Below are positions 31,770 through 41,632 of a DNA stretch of 64,000 nt, one piece after another. The notes beneath the pieces were generated by a model that had not been told where the DNA came from, searched no databases, and worked only from the letters and a program-made list of their open reading frames with translations. The stretch is from the IMG/VR virus record IMGVR_UViG_3300035698_012962, positions 64,001 through 128,000 of that record; one strand, given 5' to 3'. Source of the DNA: a virus. The position numbers were made by a program, and so were the translations under genes. The number at the start of each line of letters is the position of its first letter. The first letter of the stretch is position 1.

Positions 31770-32846
31770 TTATTTATCAAGCCTCCACCCTACGAATACA
31801 GGAAATCTAGGAATACCATCATCTGTCCATTCAAAGAATCTTATCTCTGCTGTTTTTCCAATATGTTCTTTTTTGTTTCTCAAAAGTTCTTCACGCTCTT
31901 CATGTGATAGTTTTGGATTTGCTTTAAACGTTTTTCCATTTTCTAATTCACATACTACAACACCTTGTTCTGGTCTTGCATCTGAAGGTTCAATATCAAT
32001 TACTCTTACCGCTTCATCAATAAAATCTTTAAACTTTAATAAACTATCACATCTACCATTTACTTTATATCCTTTGTTACCATGTCGGAGAATAGTTCCC
32101 TCATATCCTTCAGAAAGTAATTGAGTGTGTAATCTATCCAATTCCTCTTTAGATTTTAATTCCACATTTTCTACTACTCTAATATGTTCTCGTGGATGTG
32201 TAGTTACGATACGAAGTAATTCATTGTACCTTTGGATAAATGGTTCTTCTGAAATAAGGTCATATAGATGGAACTTTACTTTTTCGGTTTTACCTTTTCT
32301 GTATTTCTTTATCATCTTCATATTTTCTTGAAAGGAATGCCCGTGAGCGTACAATTCTCCATCCAACACCACATCAGGCAACCCTTTCAAATCTTCTTTA
32401 ATATGATCTACTGTTTCAATTTCTACACCACCCCTCGATTGAAATTTCACTTTACCATTACGAATAATAGCCGTACATCTCATCCCATCTAATTTTGGTT
32501 GTCCAATAACAACACCATTCCAATCTATTTTCTTATAATGATCATCAAATGATTTTGCTAACATAGGTAATATCACTTCCTCATTTTCTGCCTCATCCTT
32601 TGTTTGGAAGTATCCCTTATCTATCTTTTTATTAATTGTAGATTCGGCTTCTGAAATTGCCTGCTCATCTGGCGTTGTTTCATTTGATCTACCAACGTTC
32701 TTTGCCTTTGCAACCTTTCTATGTTCAACAGGATTATCAGTTCCATCAATTCCACTTTGTTGAACTATCTCAGAACCTTCAGTAAATATTGTGAAGAATC
32801 TTATATTATCTTTTGAATCTTTTTTGTATAACGTAATCGGTTTCAT
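31770..32846 (-). CDS. ATP-dependent DNA ligase
   Basis: PMLAK, QPKLDGMRC, LDGELY, YEGTILR, LLKFK, PRFP. Confidence 0.93.
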   Translation of the reverse strand: MKPITLYKKDSKDNIRFFTIFTEGSEIVQQSGIDGTDNPVEHRKVAKAKNVGRSNETTPDEQAISEAESTINKKIDKGYFQTKDEAENEEVILPMLAKSFDDHYKKIDWNGVVIGQPKLDGMRCTAIIRNGKVKFQSRGGVEIETVDHIKEDLKGLPDVVLDGELYAHGHSFQENMKMIKKYRKGKTEKVKFHLYDLISEEPFIQRYNELLRIVTTHPREHIRVVENVELKSKEELDRLHTQLLSEGYEGTILRHGNKGYKVNGRCDSLLKFKDFIDEAVRVIDIEPSDARPEQGVVVCELENGKTFKANPKLSHEEREELLRNKKEHIGKTAEIRFFEWTDDGIPRFPVFVGWRLDK

Positions 32847-32871
32847 ATATTATTTTGTTTATTTATTTAGT

Positions 32872-33507
32872 TTAAAATGGTGCAAATAAAATCGTTGGAT
32901 TATTTTTCTGGATATCATCATTAGTCAATCCAAACTCCTTTATTGCAGGTAACTGTAAAAACTTTTTGATGTTGAACGGTTCCGTTAAAATATGTAATCC
33001 GTTCGGTGTTGGAATAGTTTCTAATCTTTGATATTTTTGATGTTGATCATTTGTATGTAACGTATCAATGATAAAACAAATACCATCATATACAGTTTCA
33101 AATAATCTATTAGAATCATAATCATCTCTATCTAAATCAATAATCCATCTTTTACGTGATTCAGATTGAGTCCTCCCACATGCTTTACTGAATGCCTTCC
33201 GTGTAAATTCAAACTGTTTATTCTTTAGAATATCCACCATTTGCTTTAACATTTCAACGTATACATCTTCCCAACTTCGTCTACTCATTCGAATATAGGC
33301 TCTTGCAGTAAAAAATGTACAGAGTTCTTTGATATGCTCTTCATGTGATTCTAAATAATCCATATTAGATACATAAAAATCCTTAATCGTTTTTACTGAT
33401 TTTGAATCTTTGTTCTCTTTTTTCCTGGCAAGTAACTGAATATAGTAGAATTTACTAGGATCGGTAAAATCCAAGAGTGGTTTGATAAGATTAAAATTAT
33501 CCGTCAT
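32872..33507 (-). CDS. Conserved phage protein, possible AEP/primase-like fold
   Basis: WIIDLD and TPNGLH resemble AEP motifs I and II. Confidence 0.4.
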   Translation of the reverse strand: MTDNFNLIKPLLDFTDPSKFYYIQLLARKKENKDSKSVKTIKDFYVSNMDYLESHEEHIKELCTFFTARAYIRMSRRSWEDVYVEMLKQMVDILKNKQFEFTRKAFSKACGRTQSESRKRWIIDLDRDDYDSNRLFETVYDGICFIIDTLHTNDQHQKYQRLETIPTPNGLHILTEPFNIKKFLQLPAIKEFGLTNDDIQKNNPTILFAPF

Positions 33508-34011
33508 TATCCTTTTTCTGTTTTAATTTTTTTAATGTGTACTCTAACTGGTCTACAATTTGATTATAGAATTTAGGAAATTCATCTCTTATTCGTTCCA
33601 TTTCTCCATTAAATGGATTAACATCTATTACTGTATTTCCAATGTGAACATATACAGTTTTGTCATCAGCGTGTCTTGTTCTATGAACTTTGGTTTGTGC
33701 TAGTGCATAATCAAACCGATCCATTTTACCTTTAGATATGTACTTGTCTATATCTTCTACAAATTCGACGGGGTTATCTTCTATTTCATGCCACCTATCG
33801 TTATATACTGTAATTGTTGTTAAGAATCCCATAATTATTTTAATATTTTATTGTTGTTTTCTTGCTTCTATAATTTTGGGAAGATGAGTATTAATATTAT
33901 TAGTTATCCCATCTTTCTTCCACCTAACATTATTTTGTATATGTAGTTGTTTTAGCTTGTATCTTAATCTGTTGTATAGTGATGGTGTCTGTGGCATGAT
34001 GTATTTATTAT

Positions 34012-34422
34012 TTAGAAATTGTAGTCGTGGAACTTATACGGTTTCTCAGTTGGTTGAAATACATTATATCCTGCTCCCCAATCATACACTTCATTGTATA
34101 TTCTGGTTTGAGTTGTATCATCCCATCCTTTAAATATCTTTCTTGGATTTTTCTTTTTCCTTAGTCTCACAGTCTTACCATTTGGGTTACTCTCATAAAA
34201 GTATCTCTGTGATCGTTGGTTGGAACAATGGGCGGCAAACCCACCAATATGAAAATCAGGCTTCCATGTTGGGTCAAGTTTGGATTTCATTGAACGTACT
34301 ACAACAGTTTGTTCTGATATCACTTCAACCGTTTCATACGGGAAAGCATCAGAACCAATAGGGAGTGTAAAATATTCGGGTACTTCAACTTCTTTTCCTT
34401 TTTTTGTTTTCATTGTTTTCAT
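34012..34422 (-). CDS. Hypothetical early protein
   Basis: GSDAFPYE...GGFAAHC...FHDYNF; follows a promoter-leader repeat. Confidence 0.6.
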   Translation of the reverse strand: MKTMKTKKGKEVEVPEYFTLPIGSDAFPYETVEVISEQTVVVRSMKSKLDPTWKPDFHIGGFAAHCSNQRSQRYFYESNPNGKTVRLRKKKNPRKIFKGWDDTTQTRIYNEVYDWGAGYNVFQPTEKPYKFHDYNF

Positions 34423-34432
34423 AACTACTTAG

Positions 34433-34489
34433 ATTAGGTTATCATTAACTCAACATTTATAATGTAGTAAGAATTTATATTAATGTCAA
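34433..34489 (-). repeat. Early promoter-leader repeat, copy 1
   Basis: TTGACA-N17-TACATT, then TGAGTTAATGATAACCTAAT. Confidence 0.9.
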
Positions 34490-34735
34490 GTTCTATTTAA
34501 TCTCTTAAATGATTTAAAGAAATCTGTGGTTCCATAATCGGATGAGATAATTCTGCTTTGGGGTGTTCCAATTTAGCTTCTTCAATTGAATCATAACTAC
34601 CCAAAAAGGATTTTTTGGATTGTCCTGCTAACACTGAACTCTTATGATAATAACTCCAACCATATACAACGTATTCAGTTTCCTTTTCTATAATTGTTTT
34701 ATATAAGTAACTCATTTATTTCACCATTTCTAAAC

Positions 34736-34786
34736 GTTATCATTAACTCACTACTATAATGTAGTGGTTATTTACCTTAATGTCAA
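34736..34786 (-). repeat. Early promoter-leader repeat, copy 2 (lacks CTAAT)
   Basis: TTGACA-N17-TACATT, then TGAGTTAATGATAAC. Confidence 0.88.
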
Positions 34787-34912
34787 GTACTATTTAGTGA
34801 GCAGAGTTTTAAATGTTTTGTTATACTCTGATAAAGTAGTACCATGCTCATACCAATCTAATGGTAATAAGATTAAATAACTAAATGGAATTAATATAAC
34901 ATAATACTAGTA

Positions 34913-35974
34913 TTAAAAAATTAATGTTTGTTTTAGTTTTTCTATTTGTTTTAAAGCTTTTGGTGTACGTGTATCATAACCACCTTCCAATGTTATGTAC
35001 TCAATATTCTTCATTCTTAAAATTGTTCGAAGTGTTCTATCAAGCTCATTCCTGTTTTTCTCAGGCATCCTTGTTCCATCTTGTTCCCATTTTATTCCGT
35101 TTGGTGAACAATAGATATACATATCACCTACTCTATAATTTTTCTGATATGCCTTCATATCAATAGGATTTTCATCAAAACAGTATATACCATATGACAT
35201 TGTCGTATGAACATCCGTATCCATAATTATAAATGGTGTTAGTTTCTTTCTAACACTTTGATACCGTTTATAATGTTTTTCTAAAATAGTATGTAACATT
35301 TTAAATTCAAAATCAGCTGAATCATCAACGAGTTCTCTTCCCACCTCACTTACCATACTTACTATATCAGTTCCGTACGAATGTAATAAGTTATTTACTA
35401 ATGTAGTTTTTCCTGTTGATTCAGTACCTACTACTACAATAGTTTTTTGAAGAGATTGTTTTACCGTATCTGGTAGATACTCCCAATTAGCTACCCAGTC
35501 AAATCGAATATCAGTTGATGAAATTGGAAATATTTTCCGTTCTTCATCGAACATTTCATGTGATATATTCATATACTCTGCAACGTAATCACCGTATTTT
35601 TCCGATGAAACTATTACATCCAAATCATTATATATGATACTATATCTACTTATTTCTTTTAACTTATTTGCCCACACTTTTGATACTTCACGTGAACTCT
35701 CGGTAGCAGAAACCAATCCATCTACACCTTCTTTGTATTCAAATATATCTACCCATAAATCACTTGGTTTGTAATCTAGGCTTCGTACCCACTCAAATCG
35801 TTCCCAGCCATCTATTGATTCAGATTCTTCCGAACATATTAGGACAATCGTTTCATCTGCAATACTTCTTGCATATTCAATTAATGCTACATGCCCTTTA
35901 TGTAATGGACAAAATTTACCAAGAACTAAAGCCTTCCTATATTTTTTTGTTTGTTCCATTGATATAGACCCCAT
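34913..35974 (-). CDS. nadR: NadR-like bifunctional NMN adenylyltransferase / nicotinamide riboside kinase (no HTH; start probably 35959)
   Basis: GKFCPLHKGH, SSEKYG, ISSTDIR, Walker A GTESTGKT, DTD, WEQDGTR. Confidence 0.9.
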   Translation of the reverse strand: MGSISMEQTKKYRKALVLGKFCPLHKGHVALIEYARSIADETIVLICSEESESIDGWERFEWVRSLDYKPSDLWVDIFEYKEGVDGLVSATESSREVSKVWANKLKEISRYSIIYNDLDVIVSSEKYGDYVAEYMNISHEMFDEERKIFPISSTDIRFDWVANWEYLPDTVKQSLQKTIVVVGTESTGKTTLVNNLLHSYGTDIVSMVSEVGRELVDDSADFEFKMLHTILEKHYKRYQSVRKKLTPFIIMDTDVHTTMSYGIYCFDENPIDMKAYQKNYRVGDMYIYCSPNGIKWEQDGTRMPEKNRNELDRTLRTILRMKNIEYITLEGGYDTRTPKALKQIEKLKQTLIF

Positions 35975-36507
35975 ATCGCGTTTATTAATAAAATTATGTA
36001 TTGAATAACTACTATATACATATCTACCATTAGATACACATAAATAGCTACAATATCAACTACTATCCATAATATCCACGATTCTATTCTCCGATATGCT
36101 AATAAAACCACAGCCATCATAGATCCCCACCAAATAAAAGAATCAAGATATGGATATTGTACTATTCCAAAAATTTCGGTTAAATATGTAGAGTTAGATA
36201 ATAAATAACCAAATACTATCGCTCCCATTATGGATACATAAAAAGAAAGAGCTATTGCATATTTATTTGACCATTTAATATGGTGGCCGTTATATGAACT
36301 ATCTCTCCATGTCCATAACCCAACAATAGAAACAATAATGAAATATAATTGAAGTAATACACTACCAACTAAACCTACACTATAAAATAAATAAGTGAAT
36401 AGTATTACACTTATTAAACTATATACCCATGTTACTTTATCGTTTAATCTAGCATACCATGCAGCTAATAGGCCAGTAATTACTGCAACTGTTTCAATAA
36501 TTAACAT
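35926..36507 (-). CDS. pnuC: PnuC-family nicotinamide riboside transporter
   Basis: Multi-TM; LQLYF, GLWTW, PYLDS, ESWILWIVVD motifs; adjacent to nadR. Confidence 0.9.
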   Translation of the reverse strand: MLIIETVAVITGLLAAWYARLNDKVTWVYSLISVILFTYLFYSVGLVGSVLLQLYFIIVSIVGLWTWRDSSYNGHHIKWSNKYAIALSFYVSIMGAIVFGYLLSNSTYLTEIFGIVQYPYLDSFIWWGSMMAVVLLAYRRIESWILWIVVDIVAIYVYLMVDMYIVVIQYIILLINAIWGLYQWNKQKNIGRL

Positions 36508-38486
36508 CAGAAGTTATATTTAACAGTTGTAAAGTAATTTCTAGGTGACTGAATATGATATCTTGGTTCACCATCAAACATATCCACATATCCATTTGTA
36601 AAGTATCTTTCATCAGTAACATTATTAATGTATAATGATATTGTTATATCTTTTACATCAAGAGATAATCTCAAATCAGTTACAAAAAATCCATCTATAA
36701 CCTCTGTATTAGAAAAATCTATATAGGATTCCCCTTGATACCTTAACGTAGTTCCTACGTTAAATTTGCCCAATCTAACATCAATTAAATTGTTTACAAT
36801 GAATTCTGGTGATAGAATAGGTTTAAATGAATTACCTTGATCTTTAATTCTATTATCACTAAAACTTCCGTTTAATCCGTATTGAAATCTATCACTATTA
36901 AACATATAATCAAATTCAACCCCACTTCGAACAGAAGTTTCTACATTTTGTGTAAGAGCTATTCCATTCGGACCGAATTGGCCGTTCAATGTAATTTCAT
37001 TTCGAAAATCCATATAATATCCATTCAAAGTAAATACATTTCTATCAGATCGTAATCGTACTCCCACTTCGTAATTGGTTACATACTCAGGTTGAGTTTG
37101 ATATACTTCAACTAAATTATCTTCACCACCGAACATATCATTTCTTGTTGGTTCTCTACCTGTGCTACCTACGCTAGTATACACATTAAATAATCCCAAT
37201 GTATAACTAGCACCAATTCTAGGATTAAAAAATAACCATGTTTGTTTATCCATCTGTACATCTCCTTCATACAAAAAGTTTGTATATCTTAATTGGAAAT
37301 CCCCAAATAAAGTAAATCGGTTAATATCATTTTCAATTCGTTGATGTACACTTACTTCGTTTCTAATACCCGTGTTTTGATATAACTCACCTAATTGTAA
37401 TTCGGACCCGACGTGTCTTCGTTCATAATTATTTAAATGAATACCAGTAACAGATTCTAAACCATTGTTAACGTAAATGAGATTTGTAAAAGTACCGATC
37501 CAACCTGATCGTAAGTCGTAATTATAAAATTCATTGGTTGCAAATTCAGTTCCACTCAATCCTAAGAAAGCATCTAAATCAAAATCGTAATTACCTTCTA
37601 AAAAGTTATAATAAAAAGCGTTTTGTAGTTGGAATCTATCAGATAGAGTTACATTAGTTTGTACAGATACCATTCCTTGTGTAAAACTATCATCTTCATT
37701 TTTAGTATTTACATTAGTCTGTGGTCTTTGATTTATTTGCTCCAATGGAACTCCTAACCAACCCATACCATTTCGTTGCCTTCCAATGAAGGAAACAAGT
37801 TTAATGTTATATGATGGTTTATAATAACCAGAAGAATAAAAAACAGATTGAGAATTATTCCATACATTATCTCTATAACCATCTGATTCGATATGGGAAA
37901 TACGTACATAAGTTCCTACCTCAGAATTAATTCCTGTGTTATGTTCAATAGAAAATCGTTTTGAATTGAAAGAACCCAATCCTATATTAAAGTTTGTATA
38001 TTTATCATCCCATAGAGAAGGAGACGATAACTGAACAGATCCACCATAAGATGCCGTACCATTCTGCGTCATTCCGGTTCCTCTTTGAATTTGTACTGAA
38101 CTTACAGAACTAAATATGTCAGGATAATTTGAAAAGTAAACACCCTGATCTTCAGGTTCGTTTAATGGCATTCCATCTAATGTCATATTTAATCTGGTTT
38201 GATCTATCCCACGTAATCTAAAATAAGAATAACCATTACCACTACCCGCATCCGAGTACGTAGTAAATCCTGGCGTATTCCGTAAGATAAGGGAAGGTTC
38301 TTGTCCATAATTCACCTTTTGTATTTCTCTCTGTGAAATAGTGCGGAAAGAGATAGGTGTAGTTGGTGTTGCTCGATATGTGATAATCACATCATCCATA
38401 GTATATAAACTATCTGGATTAACTGTTGATTGCCCATACAGAGATGTACTCACAAAGAGTGTTAGTATTAAAAATAACGATTTCAT
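36507..38486 (-). CDS. TonB-dependent outer-membrane receptor (vitamin-transporter-like)
   Basis: Signal peptide; plug motifs FRLRG, LDGMPLN and VQIQRG; NNVTDERY; C-terminal ...VKYNF beta signal. Confidence 0.92.
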   Translation of the reverse strand: MKSLFLILTLFVSTSLYGQSTVNPDSLYTMDDVIITYRATPTTPISFRTISQREIQKVNYGQEPSLILRNTPGFTTYSDAGSGNGYSYFRLRGIDQTRLNMTLDGMPLNEPEDQGVYFSNYPDIFSSVSSVQIQRGTGMTQNGTASYGGSVQLSSPSLWDDKYTNFNIGLGSFNSKRFSIEHNTGINSEVGTYVRISHIESDGYRDNVWNNSQSVFYSSGYYKPSYNIKLVSFIGRQRNGMGWLGVPLEQINQRPQTNVNTKNEDDSFTQGMVSVQTNVTLSDRFQLQNAFYYNFLEGNYDFDLDAFLGLSGTEFATNEFYNYDLRSGWIGTFTNLIYVNNGLESVTGIHLNNYERRHVGSELQLGELYQNTGIRNEVSVHQRIENDINRFTLFGDFQLRYTNFLYEGDVQMDKQTWLFFNPRIGASYTLGLFNVYTSVGSTGREPTRNDMFGGEDNLVEVYQTQPEYVTNYEVGVRLRSDRNVFTLNGYYMDFRNEITLNGQFGPNGIALTQNVETSVRSGVEFDYMFNSDRFQYGLNGSFSDNRIKDQGNSFKPILSPEFIVNNLIDVRLGKFNVGTTLRYQGESYIDFSNTEVIDGFFVTDLRLSLDVKDITISLYINNVTDERYFTNGYVDMFDGEPRYHIQSPRNYFTTVKYNF

Positions 38487-38520
38487 AACTTATTGTTGTT
38501 TTTTTTAGTTTTCTTTTATA

Positions 38521-38599
38521 TTTGTGTTACGAGTAACCCAAATTGGTTTGTATTTATATACACTGTTTAAGTTATCACGAATAGAAATTTCTTTGGGCT
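38521..38599 (-). promoter_or_regulatory. Structured leader or operator of the TBDR-pnuC-nadR cassette
   Basis: 22-bp near-palindrome at 38521-38542; alternative pairing AGCCCAAA (38592-38599) with UUUGGGUU (38535-38542). Confidence 0.4.
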
Positions 38600-38605
38600 C
38601 TATAT

Positions 38606-39616
38606 TCATAGTCTTTTGTTTCTAATAATTATTCGGGCATAAGGTACTTTAACTTCGCCATCTTTCATCATATATAAGTCACCATCAACGGCTCCTCTTT
38701 TTTGTACCTCTTTACGGTATTTTTTGTGATCATCTTTGTATGGTTCTACACCTATTTCTAATCCTGAACTGGATATTCCTAATCCAATTATCTCAAATTG
38801 ATCTGGATTATGTCTATTTAAAAAGGTTATCGGCACTCCCATATATCCCTCAAAATCTTTAGGTATATGTTTTGTTACATTAACATTGATGGCATCATAG
38901 TTATCATATTTCGGGTAGGCATCTTTATTTTCATTATAAGATTTGTAAAGTATAATATCTTCATGCCTTTTGGCAATGTCTAAGTTAGTGTACCAAAAGG
39001 ATCTTGCTGTTTCATACATTGAACCGTCTGGTCTTCCAAAATGCCTTACTGTATTGTAGCCAAGCCACATTTTATTTGATTTTATTTGTTCAAAACACTC
39101 TTTATAAGAAATGGCGTTGATGTTCCCAATTATCAAAAATTTCTTTTCGCATTCGACTAATTGGCTTACATATTCTCTGAAAAGTGAAAATGGTGGATTG
39201 GTTACAACAATATCTGCTTGTTTCAGAAGTTCAATAGATTCTTTCGAGCGAAAGTCTCCGTCTTCTTTTAACTCTTTAATTCCAATATCGTCAGGGTCTG
39301 GAATTTTGTTTCCTTTCTTATCACCATCATACTCAAGGAAGATTGCTTGTTCAGAATCGTGTTGACTGAACAAATTCATATCCTGCTTTTTATAGCAAGT
39401 TGTTATAAGTTTTTTAAGACCTAATTTTTCAAAGTTATAGGAGAAATAGTGGAAGAAATTACTTACTCTTGGGTCATCACAATTGCAGTAAACAACTTTA
39501 TTTTTAAAATATTCTCGGTAGTGTTTTAACTCTTTTTCTATATCTGAAAGTTGGGTATAAAATTCGTCCTTTTTCGCGTCTTTTGCTTTGTGTAGATTCT
39601 TATTATTGGTTGACAT
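38606..39616 (-). CDS. Adenine-specific DNA methyltransferase, EcoRI_methylase family (start corrected to MSTNNK at 39616)
   Basis: KKDEFYTQ, VYCNCDDP, GDFRS, VVTNPPFSLFREY, MGVPITFL, PYARIII. Confidence 0.88.
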   Translation of the reverse strand: MSTNNKNLHKAKDAKKDEFYTQLSDIEKELKHYREYFKNKVVYCNCDDPRVSNFFHYFSYNFEKLGLKKLITTCYKKQDMNLFSQHDSEQAIFLEYDGDKKGNKIPDPDDIGIKELKEDGDFRSKESIELLKQADIVVTNPPFSLFREYVSQLVECEKKFLIIGNINAISYKECFEQIKSNKMWLGYNTVRHFGRPDGSMYETARSFWYTNLDIAKRHEDIILYKSYNENKDAYPKYDNYDAINVNVTKHIPKDFEGYMGVPITFLNRHNPDQFEIIGLGISSSGLEIGVEPYKDDHKKYRKEVQKRGAVDGDLYMMKDGEVKVPYARIIIRNKRL

Positions 39617-39888
39617 TTTTAATCTCTTTATAAATAAATTTATTATACCAAATCCAATTACTAACGTGTTGATGTGACATCTTATCAATATCAACACGGT
39701 TACCATCGAATGTTTGAACGTATGATTTCATATCTTTTGTTTTTTACCTGTCCATTTATTATAATCTTCTTCGTTTACTTTTACCCATTGTTTTGTTTTC
39801 GGTTTGTAGATGAAGTATGTATCCATAATGTAGGTATTATTTATTATTAGTTATGTTATATTAATGTTTTATTTAACATTATGTAATG

Positions 39889-39917
39889 ATAATAGTAAAT
39901 TAATTTATTAATGTCAA
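39889..39917 (-). promoter_or_regulatory. Early promoter
   Basis: TTGACA-N17-TATTAT. Confidence 0.65.
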
Positions 39918-40159
39918 ATTTTAGTTCTACTAAATGTTTTTATGATACGTTTTCTTACAAATTTACGAAGTTTATTTAGTCGATGCTCCAGATCTTCGAT
40001 TTATTGGAGCATTTCTTTCACTTGTGAATTGTAAGGTCTTCCAAAAGATTCACGAATTTCAACACAATCCAAATAATTCATTTCAAGTTGATCATTAATA
40101 CTATCATATACAGATAGCCACCATTCTAGTGAATACGGGTTTGATTTAAATTTTCTCAT
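39914..40159 (-). pseudogene. Small gene with an internal TAA
   Basis: MRKFKSNPYSLEWW...KEMLQ*IEDLEHRLNKLRKF...KI*; TAA at 40001-40003; ATGA overlap with the upstream gene. Confidence 0.6.
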
Positions 40160-40384
40160 ATTATATAGCTTTGAATCAATTTATGACTTTCTTCGTTACA
40201 TAAATATATTTCATTATTATCCACGTCTACCCCACTTGCAGTAATCGGTTCGTCAAATGCATAGTGTTCTTCGTCGCCCAGCTCACCTATTGTTCTGTAA
40301 ACAACGGTATAATTACCCAATTCTTCTTCAGGTAATTTATTGACCCATTCTTTTAATTCTGTTAATTTCATAATATATAAACCC

Positions 40385-41497
40385 TCATATTGTAACGTTA
40401 ATTTTACGTATCCATCCACCACTCACAACGTCATCTCCTTCATAGGAAACTAAAGCCTGTCCAGGTGTTATTGCATCTCTCCCAACTGGAAAGTGAACGT
40501 GTAATTCTGTATCAGATACTTGTGTTATTTCAGAAGACGTTCCATCGTCATTATATCTGATTTTGGATATAGCTTCATATTTTTCAGTTGGTATTGAATC
40601 ATATTTCACCATATTCACCTCATCTACAATACAATCATAACTTACCAACTCTGATTTTTCACCTACTGTGATCGTGTTTGTTGTTGGCTCTATATGAGTA
40701 ACATACAACGGTTCGGTATTAGGTATATTTATCCCTCTACGTTGCCCAATTGTAAACTTATAGTAACCCTCATGCTCTCCTATTTTGGCTCCATCTGAGT
40801 TAATTATGGAACCACCAGATAGATCACCTGTTAATCTTCCACTCTCTTTGATAAACCTATGATAATTATTATCAGGAATAAAGCAGATTTCATAGGAATC
40901 AGGTTTGTCAGCAACATTCAACAATCCCCAATCCGTTGCCATATCTCTAATTTCTGTCTTATGATAAGACCCCAATGGAAATATAGTTCTGGCTAAATGT
41001 TTTTGTGACACACCCCAAAGTGCATAAGACTGATCTTTAGAATGATCCTTACCTTTAGAAATTACATACCGTCCATTTTCTTCTCGTAAATTCGCATAAT
41101 GACCTGTTGCAATAAAATCACATCCAAGATCATCTGCTCTACGTAAAAGTGCAGCCCATTTAATATGAGTGTTACAAAGTACACACGGGTTTGGTGTTCT
41201 ACCACTTACATAATCATCAACAAACCGATCAATAACAAATGCACCAAACTCGTCTCTAATGTCTACAATGAAATGTTTGAATCCATGTCGGACTGCAACT
41301 TGTCTAGCATCATTCATTGATTCAACAGTACAACATCCAACTTCTTTACCTGACTTCACATCTTCTGGGTTATGAGCCCAAGTTTTCATTGTGATACCTA
41401 TGATATCATACCCTTGTTTTTTGAGCATAACTGCCCCTACTGTGGAATCTACACCACCCGACATTGCAAATAAAACTTTTCCTTTATTCATTTTCAT
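40385..41497 (-). CDS. mnmA: tRNA 2-thiouridine(34) synthase MnmA
   Basis: AMSGGVDS, GRTPNPCVLCN, ATGHYA, KDQSYAL, DSYEICF, TIGQRRG, AITPGQ. Confidence 0.96.
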   Translation of the reverse strand: MKMNKGKVLFAMSGGVDSTVGAVMLKKQGYDIIGITMKTWAHNPEDVKSGKEVGCCTVESMNDARQVAVRHGFKHFIVDIRDEFGAFVIDRFVDDYVSGRTPNPCVLCNTHIKWAALLRRADDLGCDFIATGHYANLREENGRYVISKGKDHSKDQSYALWGVSQKHLARTIFPLGSYHKTEIRDMATDWGLLNVADKPDSYEICFIPDNNYHRFIKESGRLTGDLSGGSIINSDGAKIGEHEGYYKFTIGQRRGINIPNTEPLYVTHIEPTTNTITVGEKSELVSYDCIVDEVNMVKYDSIPTEKYEAISKIRYNDDGTSSEITQVSDTELHVHFPVGRDAITPGQALVSYEGDDVVSGGWIRKINVTI

Positions 41498-41632
41498 TAT
41501 CTACTTTTGACCAATCCACACTAACCACGTATACCGAATAAAACGTCTGTTCGTTTGGTGTTAGTCGATCACCACGATCTAATTTATCTTCCAACTTTCT
41601 GAAATGTATATCAGTATAGATTTCGTACTCAT
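41484..41632 (-). pseudogene. Small gene frameshifted at codon 3
   Basis: ATG AGT AC|GAA ATC...KVDNENE*; span 149 = 3n-1; overlaps both neighbours. Confidence 0.45.

Noticed and set aside
34433-34445. Leader GAUAACCU as a mimic of the 16S rRNA 3' end (GAUCACCUCC)
   Set aside because: The match is partial and lacks the CCUCC core, so it is too weak to support.
38487-38605. TPP riboswitch upstream of the thiamine-receptor-like gene
   Set aside because: The conserved CUGAGA and AGCGUAGGGA-type elements are absent.
39617-39706. N-terminal 30 residues of the MTase ORF and the TATTTATA at 39629
   Set aside because: The extension overlaps another small ORF and family motifs begin after MSTNNK; the motif lies in coding sequence and may be chance.
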